Origin: a bacterium
Lineage (GTDB): Bacteria; UBA8248
Length of the DNA stretch: 64,000 nucleotides
Assembly (NCBI GenBank): GCA_965204535.1
Contig: CBDBEV010000001.1
Coordinates: 1,664,001-1,728,000 of the forward strand
Direction of reading: 5' to 3'
The translations under genes were made by a program, and so were the position numbers. The notes under the pieces are model-generated. The model was not told where the DNA came from. It saw nothing but the letters and a program-made list of their open reading frames with translations, and made no database searches. Positions 1 to 9,404 of the stretch are shown here, one piece after another (the first letter of the stretch is position 1; every line of letters begins with the position of its first letter).

Positions 1-251
1 TTTTATTTTCGTTTATTTATCGAAAGACACGTTCATAGTCCCGCCCTATCGACAATCGTACGATTGAACACCCATAAGCACGATAAACTGCTGTATTCAA
101 AGCGATAATTATCATATTTTCTTTTTCGTCTCCCCTTGCATTTACGTCATATTTACGCTATAACGGACGCATATTTGAGGCCGGACGTGTGCGATTTGAT
201 TACGGATCGTCCATATCCTCCGGCCTGTGACACGATTTCCTGGGAGTCCCC

Positions 252-1433
252 ATGCCCAAAAGAAGCGAACGCAAGCTTACCAAACGCGTGGTCGACGCGC
301 TATCCGTCGAGACGAACGACGCCGTCTTCTGGGACCGGGAACTGGCGGGCTTCGGAGTGCGGGTCTACGCCACGGGCCGGAAGATCTACGTGGTGCAGTC
401 ACGGGGTCCGTGGGGTCCCAAACGCGTGACGCTGGGCAAACACGGCGAGATGTCCACTGATGAGGCGAGGAAGACGGCGGCCGGCGTCATCGACCGCATC
501 AAGCGGGGCGAGGAGCCAGAGCCCAAGCCGCCCGAGGCCGCGCCCACGGTGGCGGGGCTTGCCGGGCGCTTCATGCGCGACCATGCCGAAACGCACTGCA
601 AGCCCGACACCGTCAGACTGTACCGTTCACTGCTCGGGAACCATGTCGTTCCGGCGCTGGGCGGGACCAGGCTCGTCGATGTCGGCCGTGCGGAGGTATC
701 GGAGTTGCACCACCGGTTGCGCGAGACGCCCGCCGTGGCCAACGCGGTGGCGGGACTACTCTCCAGGATGTTCAAGATGGCCGAGGCGTGGGGACTGGTT
801 CCGCCCGGGGAGAACCCCTGCCGGGGGCTGCGCCGCTACCGGACGCGCAAGCGCGAGCGGTTCCTGACGCCAGAGGAGTTCCGCCGCCTGGGCCGGGCGC
901 TCAGGGAGATCGAGGCCGAGGGGAATGCGTGGCCGGCCGCGGCCGCGGCGATCAGGCTCCTGGCGCTGACCGGGTGCAGGCGGAGCGAGATACTGGATCT
1001 CAGGTGGGACGACGTGGACCGCACGACGGGTGAACTCAGGCTCCGGGACGCCAAGGCGGGCCCGCGCATGGCGCCCCTGACCAAACCCGTATCGAGGGTG
1101 CTGGAGGGGATCCCCCGCTCGCCGGAGTACCCCTGGGTGATCTCCAGAGGGAACGGGAACGGCCGCCCGTTGAACCTCTCCTACTACTGGGAGGCCGTAA
1201 GGGAGCGGGCGGGGCTTCATGATGTCCGCATTCATGACCTCCGGCACTCGTACGCCAGCCGGGCGCTGGCGCTCGGCGAGAGTCTGCCGGCGATCGGCAG
1301 GCTGCTCGGACACCATCACGTGGTGAGCACGGCGCGCTACGCGCACCTGATGCGAGAGGCCGAGAAGGCGGCGGCCGCCCGCGTGGGCGAGAGCATCGGC
1401 GTTCACGTCACGAACGGGAGGATGGAGCGATGA
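252..1433 (+). CDS. Tyrosine recombinase/integrase with N-terminal arm-binding (DUF4102-like) domain
   Basis: N-terminal WDRELAGFGVRV; catalytic motifs TGCRRSEIL, HDLRHSYAS, LLGH...TARYAH. Confidence 0.95.
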   Translation: MPKRSERKLTKRVVDALSVETNDAVFWDRELAGFGVRVYATGRKIYVVQSRGPWGPKRVTLGKHGEMSTDEARKTAAGVIDRIKRGEEPEPKPPEAAPTVAGLAGRFMRDHAETHCKPDTVRLYRSLLGNHVVPALGGTRLVDVGRAEVSELHHRLRETPAVANAVAGLLSRMFKMAEAWGLVPPGENPCRGLRRYRTRKRERFLTPEEFRRLGRALREIEAEGNAWPAAAAAIRLLALTGCRRSEILDLRWDDVDRTTGELRLRDAKAGPRMAPLTKPVSRVLEGIPRSPEYPWVISRGNGNGRPLNLSYYWEAVRERAGLHDVRIHDLRHSYASRALALGESLPAIGRLLGHHHVVSTARYAHLMREAEKAAAARVGESIGVHVTNGRMER

Positions 1434-2629
1434 CGAAGCCCGCCATGAAAACGCTATCGAACCGGCTGGTGAGGAAACTCACTGTCGAGAAGGACACTGT
1501 CTTCTGGGACCGTGATCTGACCGGCTTCGGGGTGCGGGTATATCCCACCGGCTCAAAAGTCTACATCGCCCAGGCGCGGGGTCCCGAGGGCCCCAAACGC
1601 GTGGCGGTGGGCCGCCACGGCGTTATCCATGCGGAGGAGGCCAGGAAGCGCGCGGCGCTCGTCATCGCGCGCATCAAGGCGGGCGAGGAACCTGTGCCCG
1701 AGCCGATGAAGCCGGCCTGCGGTCCTACGGTGGCAGAACTCGCGAAGCGCTATCTCGAAGAATACGTCTCGGTGCGGTGCAAGCCGCGCACCGTGAAGAC
1801 GCTCCGCTCCGTGGTCGGCAGGAACATCGTCCCGGCGCTTGGCGCGATGCCGATATCCGCGGTCGAGCGCAAACACGTGGCGGAACTCCACGGGCGGCTG
1901 AGCGCCACGCCCGCGTCGGCGAACCATTCCGTCCGGGCGCTGTCCGCGATGTACCGCCTCGCAGGTGAATGGGGTCTCGTGCCCGAGGGCATGAACCCGT
2001 GCCGCGCCATCGCCGAATACCCGGTCGGCCGGCGGGAGCGCTTCCTCACCGAGGCGGAATTCGAACGCCTGGGACGCGCGCTCGACAAAGTCGAGACGGA
2101 AGGCGGCGCGTCCGCGTCAGCCGTGGCCGCCATCCGTCTCCTGATGCTGACCGGGTGCCGGAAGTCGGAGATCCTCACGCTGCGCTGGGAGGAGGTGGCG
2201 CTCGATCAGGCGGAACTGCGGCTCACCGACTCCAAGACGGGCGCGCGGGTCGTTTCGCTCTCGGAGCCCGCGGTGAAACTCCTCGCGGGTCTGCCGCGCA
2301 CCCCCGGGGTCCCCTGGGTCATTCCCGGCAGGAAGCCGGGAACGCACCTCCGGAAGCTCGATGACGCCTGGCAGTCCGTCCGCTCGCGTGCGGGGCTGGC
2401 CGACGTGCGCCTCCATGACCTGCGCCATTCGTTCGCATCGCGCGCTCTCGCGCTCGGCGAGGGACTTTCCGTGATCGGGAAATTACTCGGCCACGCCAGG
2501 ATCGAGACCACCTCGCGCTACGCCCATCTCGCGCGCGATTCGGTGCGCGAATCCGCCGAGCGGGTTGCCACGAGCATCGCGGCCGACATCTTGGATTGCG
2601 CTAGTGCACAGCGTCCCGAAGGGCCCTAG
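1430..2629 (+). CDS. Second tyrosine recombinase/integrase, paralog of the upstream gene
   Basis: WDRDLTGFGVRV, TGCRKSEIL, HDLRHSFAS, LLGH...TSRYAH; ATGA overlap with the first integrase. Confidence 0.95.
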   Translation: MTKPAMKTLSNRLVRKLTVEKDTVFWDRDLTGFGVRVYPTGSKVYIAQARGPEGPKRVAVGRHGVIHAEEARKRAALVIARIKAGEEPVPEPMKPACGPTVAELAKRYLEEYVSVRCKPRTVKTLRSVVGRNIVPALGAMPISAVERKHVAELHGRLSATPASANHSVRALSAMYRLAGEWGLVPEGMNPCRAIAEYPVGRRERFLTEAEFERLGRALDKVETEGGASASAVAAIRLLMLTGCRKSEILTLRWEEVALDQAELRLTDSKTGARVVSLSEPAVKLLAGLPRTPGVPWVIPGRKPGTHLRKLDDAWQSVRSRAGLADVRLHDLRHSFASRALALGEGLSVIGKLLGHARIETTSRYAHLARDSVRESAERVATSIAADILDCASAQRPEGP

Positions 2630-2850
2630 CGGCCCTGAAAAAGGGAACCTTCGAAGCGGGGACTTCGACACTCTCTCCGATCCGGAGTTTTCGTCCCTTC
2701 CGCGTTGGCCGACCCCTAGCCGAAAACGCGCCGAACTCCGGTACGGAGACCGTCTCCCCGCTTGCGGGAACGCCCCGGACGATCTCGAAAGCGCATCCAT
2801 CGCGCTTCGCGTCTCGGCCATCGACATGGAGGCCTGACTTGGTATCAGGT
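2601..2850 (-). pseudogene. Degenerate HU/IHF-family DNA-binding protein
   Basis: C-terminal GETVSVPEFGAFSARGRPTRKGRK...GESVEVPASKVPFFRAARALRDAV matches the HU arm; N-terminal helix (SMAETRSAMDAL) is in another frame; no clear start. Confidence 0.75.
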
Positions 2851-2904
2851 GAGGTAACCCTTCCGCAGGTGAAGGAACGGGTCAGCGTGACAGACCACGA
2901 AATC

Positions 2905-5058
2905 TTAACGCGATAAGCAGCACTTTTTGTACTTGAGTCCACTGCCACACGGGCAAGGCGTATTGCGGCCTATCTTTCTCGTCGCTCCCTGAGGCGATCG
3001 GGATATTGAGGCTACTAGGTCGAGAAAGTCTCGGGTCTTGGCGTCCATTTCGGCGCTTCGCTCCCATTTATGATCGAGGCTCACACTGAATCTCAACGTG
3101 GCAGTCTCGGGTGATATGCATATACCAAACCAAGTGTCCGCTTTTGCAATGTATTTCCGCTGAATGCAATACGCCCTCAACCGGCGGTCCGCCACAACCA
3201 CAGGGTCATTATTGCAATGAATGATAAGACCAGTTTTGCCCTCTCGAAAGGGCATCGTTAAATCATGATCTTTCCCATCTCTCCTTGCCAAGCCTACAAT
3301 TTCATCAATTTTATCGCTCACATGAACGAAGGTTTCCTCACTAAACGTCATCAGCATAAAACCAAGGTCAATCGTTGCGGGGCTAGGACTTGCTTCAATC
3401 GCTTTGACGATGCGTCCCAAGGTCGTTCTTCCGAGGCAGGTCAATATGCCGTCAGGTGTGCGTTTTCCTGGAAAACCCTCGCGTCGAACGGTCATAGCAG
3501 CATCGAGGTCCGTGGATATGTCATCACCGAGGAAGACCAAATCATGCTCGTCATCTACCCAAAGGTTGGTTTTGATGTGATGCGAAAGAATCGTCAACTC
3601 GTGGTTTGCGTGTAGTCGGTCAGAATAGTTCGTGCGCCGATTTATATAACTGAGCAGTGTGAGCGGCGACTGCAACATTTCCGTCATTGCATCAAGCGTG
3701 AACACTTCCATGATGAACGGGGGAGGTATGATATCGGTACTTTGAGACTTCAGGAACTGCCTCGCCTGAGAGCTCAGTGCCGGATAGTAACTGGAAACAA
3801 CGCAGATGACATATATCTCTTTGAGCTTGTGGCGCACGGTAATTTTCTGGGTATCAGTACCCTTCAGTTCGAATTCTCCGCGGGCCAGAAACTCCGCGCA
3901 CTTGTATCCTTGGTCATAGGCGTTCTGGACGCTCCTTGTGAAATCATCTCTGATTTTTCGGTCATTCCCCTTCCTTGCTTCTAATGTTAATTTCTTGGAC
4001 TTGGCTTGGAGTACGATAGCTCTGTTGCCAAAAAGCACCAGGACATCAATCTCGCCGATTTTTTCACCTTTCGATTTAACGATATCGACATTCGAGTGGA
4101 CATTCTTCTTCCCAAAAACAAGTTCCAACCTTTCTTGACAGAACTCTTCGGTAAACCGCCCTCTGTTCTGCATGGCAGTAGCTCTATACTGCCGATCTTC
4201 ACACATCCAGTAAAAGGGAGATTCGTACATCGCTTCGACTAGGCTATGGTTTTGAAAGAGGACGAATGAATCATCACTGTAACGAATTAGCGGCGCGGCA
4301 TTAACGATATTGAAGTCATTAAGCGTCTGAAAACTTCTGTTATTTTCTGCTGGCGGAACAGAGAACGCGGCAAAAACTCTCTGGGCTATGGCGACATCTA
4401 TGTCAGCGCGTTCTGCGACTTCACGGTCCGTGAACGTGAATGCTGGCAGGATAGACCAAGTATCCGGTGAAGTCTTTTGCATTCCTGCGAGTGTATGGGA
4501 GAGCTTTTCGTTCTGAATCTTCGCAACCACATACCCGATTTCTCGGGCTGTGTTGATAGAGAAGCCTTTGTTCGTTTCGAGCCACGCCTCATCGTTCTCG
4601 TATTTCCTGGGAGCCAGATCACGAAATTGAAAAGTATAGGCGGATTCATCCCCGTAGAATATCGTCTCTCGCAGTACTTTCCCGGAACCAAGTGGGTTGA
4701 AACCGCTCCCGGCAGGTGTCTCTTGCTCTGATTCTTCACTTGCTGCCGCAATCACAGGTTGGAGCATCGATTCATGTAGTTCTTGGAGCAGAGCTTCCGT
4801 TTCGTCTAAGTACTGTTGCATTACTGGAGGAGCAGGTAATGTCCAATCAATATCGTCTTTTACCAAAAGGCCGATCAGCGTGGATATCTCTGCTCTGGTT
4901 ATTGAGTGGTCGCGGTTCATGGCATCGGGTGTCAGACCTTCACCCTCACTATACGTGACGCAATTTTCTCTGTAGCACAGATAAGCGATTGCGTGCGCAT
5001 AACCCGGCGACACGCATAGCCGTGCAAGTTCGTCGAATATATCTTGCTCTTTTCTCAT
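2905..5058 (-). CDS. SEC-C motif protein with a central NERD/PD-(D/E)XK-like nuclease motif
   Basis: 717 aa; GEIDVLV...IVLQAKSK; C-terminal GRNTPCPCGSGLKYKKCC. Confidence 0.8.
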   Translation of the reverse strand: MRKEQDIFDELARLCVSPGYAHAIAYLCYRENCVTYSEGEGLTPDAMNRDHSITRAEISTLIGLLVKDDIDWTLPAPPVMQQYLDETEALLQELHESMLQPVIAAASEESEQETPAGSGFNPLGSGKVLRETIFYGDESAYTFQFRDLAPRKYENDEAWLETNKGFSINTAREIGYVVAKIQNEKLSHTLAGMQKTSPDTWSILPAFTFTDREVAERADIDVAIAQRVFAAFSVPPAENNRSFQTLNDFNIVNAAPLIRYSDDSFVLFQNHSLVEAMYESPFYWMCEDRQYRATAMQNRGRFTEEFCQERLELVFGKKNVHSNVDIVKSKGEKIGEIDVLVLFGNRAIVLQAKSKKLTLEARKGNDRKIRDDFTRSVQNAYDQGYKCAEFLARGEFELKGTDTQKITVRHKLKEIYVICVVSSYYPALSSQARQFLKSQSTDIIPPPFIMEVFTLDAMTEMLQSPLTLLSYINRRTNYSDRLHANHELTILSHHIKTNLWVDDEHDLVFLGDDISTDLDAAMTVRREGFPGKRTPDGILTCLGRTTLGRIVKAIEASPSPATIDLGFMLMTFSEETFVHVSDKIDEIVGLARRDGKDHDLTMPFREGKTGLIIHCNNDPVVVADRRLRAYCIQRKYIAKADTWFGICISPETATLRFSVSLDHKWERSAEMDAKTRDFLDLVASISRSPQGATRKIGRNTPCPCGSGLKYKKCCLSR

Positions 5059-5159
5059 ATGCTGAAGCCTTTATGCTGTTCCATGTCTAGGCATCACCGA
5101 TTTGCGCTGGCGGCGTGTCGGCTTTGTCCCCAATCAAGCGGCACATGCATCTTCTCATA

Positions 5160-5443
5160 GAGCATGAACAGATGCTCTATCCCCTCGCGTTCGAAAGCAA
5201 AACCTGAGCGTCGATAGAGCAGTCCATGGCGCAGTCGAGGGCTTGGTGAGCCTTGCGGAGAGTGAACGACATGAGGTCGGAGTCGTAGAGATCGGCCTGC
5301 GTCGCAGCGGGATGGTTTGCACGGGCTGCGAGGACGGCATCGGCGTGGGATGCGATGCGTTCCAGTTCCTTTTCTCTAAGAGGTGGTAGCGGGAAAGTGT
5401 TGTAGACGATGCCAACGAAATATAATAGCGATTCGCTCCCCAT
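5160..5443 (-). pseudogene. C-terminal remnant of an MmeI-like type IIL restriction-modification enzyme
   Basis: VYNTFPLP...ADAVLAARANHPAATQADLYDSDLM...LRKAHQALD resembles the MmeI-family C-terminus; the rest of the gene is absent. Confidence 0.75.
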
Positions 5444-5449
5444 GAGGGT

Positions 5450-6096
5450 GCTCGCCGCCAGTCCATTTCAAGAGGAAGGCCGAGGACGCGCCCAACGGTG
5501 CACGCGAGCCTGAGAACCGCCGCAGAATAACCCGGGAGCGGAAAAGGAAGTGCAGGCAAGAGCGCAGGGAGGCCAGCCTTTGCACGACCTGCGGAGAGCG
5601 TCACTCGGCAGAGGGGGCGCGGTTTGTGAGACCTGCCGCGATGCGAGGCGCGCGGCCGAGCGGGAACTCTACGCTGCCAGGAGAGCGAAAAGGCTTTGCG
5701 GTAGGTGCGGAGGAGCTGTCTTCGTGGGGGTTTCCAAATGCGGCCCGCGCCCGGCGCTCGAAGGTGGCCGCGCTCCCCGGAAGAACGCCGCGAGTCGCAG
5801 GCGCTATCGCGACAGGCGCGCCAGTCGGCTTTGTGTCGACTGTAGTGAACACGCAGGCGTAGCGGCGAGGTGTACGCCCTGCGCGTACCGCTTTTATGTG
5901 AGTTCGGGCGAGCATAAGGGCATTCCGCTCTACCCGCCGCGCTACACCGTGATCGAACTCGCCACGGGCGAAGACTTAGGTCCCTGGGAGAACTGGGAAG
6001 AGGTCTCTATATGCCTTGCCTTTACCAAGCTCTCCCAGGGTGGAAATCGAGATTATAAGCGATGCCTCGGTAATGGCGACGCTCATCGCTATGTAG
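5450..6096 (+). pseudogene. Frameshifted copy of the Cys-rich repeat protein at 30724-31533
   Basis: Shares GGAVCE.CR.ARRAAE, CGRCGG, HKG.P.YPPRYTVIELATGE..GPW..WEEV; frameshifts near 5590 and 6035. Confidence 0.8.
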
Positions 6097-6099
6097 AGC

Positions 6100-6245
6100 T
6101 CTACATAACCGTCAAACGCGACATCCTTGACGTGGCCTTAGCCATACTCGGAAAGGTAACTTTAGATGTTTATCTGAATGACCGTGCTTTTATGCGTGAT
6201 GTCGCCGCCGCCTGGCATTACAAGCTCTACGATCTATACAGATGA
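6100..6245 (+). pseudogene. Short remnant of a type ISP R-M enzyme C-terminal domain
   Basis: LGKVTLDVYLNDRAFMRDVAAAWHYKL resembles the type ISP motif T.D.YLN..A.W..VP..VW.YKLGGY. Confidence 0.55.
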
Positions 6246-6448
6246 CCACAGATGCTATTGACTTGCTCTTGGACAACATGACTTGCGGGCCGAGAGGCAG
6301 TACGTGGAGCGGCGCCGTCATCACCTCCCGAACTGCGGATTCAATATCGATTGCCAAGTCGAGGACCCCATACTTTGAAGTATCGCGAAGACCGGGTCAG
6401 ATTGAATTGTAGCCACAGGATTTCCTTCCGGTTGTGAGCAGTTCAGGC

Positions 6449-7630
6449 CTAGATGTCCATCGCTATTAGAAGACGCCGTGTTTCGGAATGAAGATACAGT
6501 TCGTCATCCTGAGTGATAATTCGGGAGTGCATTGTGCAGACGCGTATCGGGTAGAGTCTTTGGAATGACTCTTCGACCAATGACTTTCGACGGAATACCG
6601 GGGCAAATGCTTCGTCCCAATTATCCTTCCGTACGATGATTTTCACGTAATCGGTAAAATCCGCGTAGGCGATCAATGGTTGTTCGGATTCGCCTTCATC
6701 GCGCGCCTTTGCTTGTTTCTCGATCCATTGTTGGCGCATTTCGCCGGGGATACGATGCTTGATCCAGTTTTTGCACACGGTCTCCGTCATGCGTTGGTCG
6801 ATGAATGCGCGGACACGGGTCTCGAAACGCAGTAGACGGTCATGTGCGTCATTGGTGCGTTCAAACCCAGCTTCCTCCTCGTTTAGCTGATGGTCGGGCT
6901 CATGGTCGTAGGCACGGATGAAGTGTGCTGGGGCGCTTTTGATGCCCGCAATCGTGATGGCTTGGTCGAAGGCGCTGGCCGGGAAGTCAGTTAACTCTGG
7001 ATCGAGGCCGCGCTCAACGTAGAAATCTGAACGCGCCAGTGGATCGGTAAAGATTTCCTTGGGCCAGTCGATCCTTGCTTGCCAGTCGCCGAAGTGGGGC
7101 CGCAACTGCTCCGCTAGCTCGACATCGAAGGGAGATTTCGTGCGCAAAATATGGCCAATTTGCTGCAATCCAACAAATCCTGCAAGAGACTGAAGTTGGT
7201 TCTCTGTGTTGAGCCACGGGGTAGTCATCGCTTCGATCGCGTGGAGGAGCTGGTTCTTGTGATCGTGATAGTGAGCAACTGCTCTGGCCGATCCGGCCAT
7301 CTGCAGTTCCTGGAGAAGTTTTGTGGTTACCGACAATTGCGGTAAGTGGAACTGATTTTCGATTTCCACCCCTAAATTTCGAATGACATCTAGCTCAGTA
7401 GCAACGCTCGAAAGGGGGTGGAGCTGAAGGCTGCGACGTAGATCCTCAACCGGACCTAGAGCAGCGCGTCTAAGAGTGCGGGTACGGTCAGCATCCGCAA
7501 TGAGGTTCCGAATTCCCAAATCGGGTTGTAGAGCTTCGATCTGAGCCGACAACGGTTTAAGTTGACGCCGTATGGCTTCGTGCGCCGTAAGCGCTCTTTT
7601 GAGTGTTTCATCCATCATGTCATGCTCCAA
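6449..7630 (-). CDS. Swt1-like HEPN domain protein (putative RNase)
   Basis: C-terminal FETRVRAFI...YADFTDYVKIIVRKDNW...RVCTMHSR with an R-x4-H motif. Confidence 0.8.
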   Translation of the reverse strand: MEHDMMDETLKRALTAHEAIRRQLKPLSAQIEALQPDLGIRNLIADADRTRTLRRAALGPVEDLRRSLQLHPLSSVATELDVIRNLGVEIENQFHLPQLSVTTKLLQELQMAGSARAVAHYHDHKNQLLHAIEAMTTPWLNTENQLQSLAGFVGLQQIGHILRTKSPFDVELAEQLRPHFGDWQARIDWPKEIFTDPLARSDFYVERGLDPELTDFPASAFDQAITIAGIKSAPAHFIRAYDHEPDHQLNEEEAGFERTNDAHDRLLRFETRVRAFIDQRMTETVCKNWIKHRIPGEMRQQWIEKQAKARDEGESEQPLIAYADFTDYVKIIVRKDNWDEAFAPVFRRKSLVEESFQRLYPIRVCTMHSRIITQDDELYLHSETRRLLIAMDI

Positions 7631-7713
7631 TATCTATATGTTCAGCATAACCGGGCGCAACTTAGTGGCGCAGAGAACCTGGATACTTGTTGTCGCCGCG
7701 CCCTTATTGAAGA

Positions 7714-8943
7714 TCATAGCAGTTTTCCAAGGATGTAATCCAATTCGCTAGATGCTTCGAGGAATTTGAGAAAGCCCTTACCCCAGAACGCATAGGTGCA
7801 GTTTTTATCTATACTCCAGCCAGTCCCGTGTCGTGTAAGTCCATGATCCGAGAAAGGCATGCGTAGAGTGTGGATCATCGCGATTTCTTTTTGGTGTTCG
7901 TGAATTGTATAGGAGTCAGGGAAATGATCGTGACAGAGATCGATAAAAATGAGCGGCGGTTTTGGGTCGCGACGCCGTGCTTCACCCAGCCATGAGTTGA
8001 GGTGCAGGTCATTGAGCCCGGAACCGATCACGTAAATTATGTCGGCCGTCATCGCATCGCGGGCCATACTGGCGTAGTAGTGCGAGAATGGTTGTCGTTG
8101 TAGAGGGAAGAGCTTGTCGAGACCGATGATGATCTGCGTGCGGACGGCTCTTCCGCCATCCATCCTCGGATCGTCAGATACCCCGCGAAACGAATTGGCC
8201 AAGGCCTCGTCTCGATCGTCATACCAGTAGAGATCGCCCAGATCCGAATCGTATGACGGGGGGTGACCGAAGTTTAAATGCACGGAACCGTGCAGATGGA
8301 AGATGCAGTCTCGGTCAAAGGCCGCCCAGAATGCTTGGCGATCAAGTTCTTTTTGACCGGAGCATCGGGCAGGGGCAAATCCGGTATAGAGATCCGGGCA
8401 AGCTTGAAGGATAAAATCATCGTAATTGGTAGTATAGATGCGGGTGATGTGGTTTTCTTGTAACTTCGCAACGAACGCACTCAACGATTCAAGGTGCTTT
8501 GTCGGCGCTGCGGAGACGTCCGAGAGTTCGGCGAGAATGAGTTCCGCCATACGGTAGAGTAATTCCCTGAAGGTTTCTCGAGTAACGTCGATGCGACGTT
8601 CGACAAAAGGAACGAGGACCGGTTGATATTCTGGGGCGGTACCCAGAATTGGCTTGAAAGTGAACATCAGTTCATGGGCGCAATGATAGATGTGCTCGAA
8701 GTTGACAAGACCCTCACAGGCAACTTCGTCGGATACTTCCTTGTAGTAGCTCGTGAGAGCATGCTTAATCTCTAGCCAAGCACGGCCGCTTGCGCAATCC
8801 CGCTTCCTGTCGCCCGCAAGCATTTTTTTCTCAATGGATTTGGTCAGATCGGCGGTAGAAGACGCGCCGAAATCCATCGAAGCACCCGCCCCTGTCAATA
8901 CCAGTGCACGTTTTTTCCGCAAGGTCGGCATTCCTTTCTGCAA
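7714..8943 (-). CDS. SIR2-like (SIR2_2) domain protein, putative NADase
   Basis: VLTGAGAS, YTTNYDD, FHLHGSV, IGSGLNDLHLN motifs. Confidence 0.85.
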   Translation of the reverse strand: MQKGMPTLRKKRALVLTGAGASMDFGASSTADLTKSIEKKMLAGDRKRDCASGRAWLEIKHALTSYYKEVSDEVACEGLVNFEHIYHCAHELMFTFKPILGTAPEYQPVLVPFVERRIDVTRETFRELLYRMAELILAELSDVSAAPTKHLESLSAFVAKLQENHITRIYTTNYDDFILQACPDLYTGFAPARCSGQKELDRQAFWAAFDRDCIFHLHGSVHLNFGHPPSYDSDLGDLYWYDDRDEALANSFRGVSDDPRMDGGRAVRTQIIIGLDKLFPLQRQPFSHYYASMARDAMTADIIYVIGSGLNDLHLNSWLGEARRRDPKPPLIFIDLCHDHFPDSYTIHEHQKEIAMIHTLRMPFSDHGLTRHGTGWSIDKNCTYAFWGKGFLKFLEASSELDYILGKLL

Positions 8944-9404
8944 TTCCTATTGTACGGAGAACAGTAAAATCATCATTGGGCTCGTAGCGCGAGACTGTCT
9001 CATTTATGAAGGAAACATGACAGGGCTCGACGGTTCGCGCCGGAGCGCTTCTCTCTCGTCTTCTTCCATCGCGTTTTCTCACGTTTTTCTGTCATACCCC
9101 AGCGCACCGGAGCATATCTGTGAGCGTATTTGGAACAATTCCGTAGGATATGAGCTATTAAAACCTGTTGCCCCCGAGAAATTTTCGTATTAAATACGCT
9201 TCGATGAATGCGATCGAATCCCGCACCGGGACCACCCCGGCCTGTCAATCGAGACGCAGCATCCAGACCCGGCTCGCAAGCCGTCCGGCATCGCCGCCGT
9301 GGACCGGTTGGGCGAACGCGTCTCCACCCCACCCGGGAGAGGCCGGCAAGTGACTCCCCGAGGAAAATCACAGCCATCCATCAAACCCTGAAAAGGAGAA
9401 CCGA

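Noticed and set aside
1-251. Possible att site or tRNA upstream of the integrases
   Set aside because: No tRNA fold or matching direct repeat found elsewhere in the window
2905-5058. secA
   Set aside because: Only the short SEC-C motif is present; no DEAD-like motor motifs
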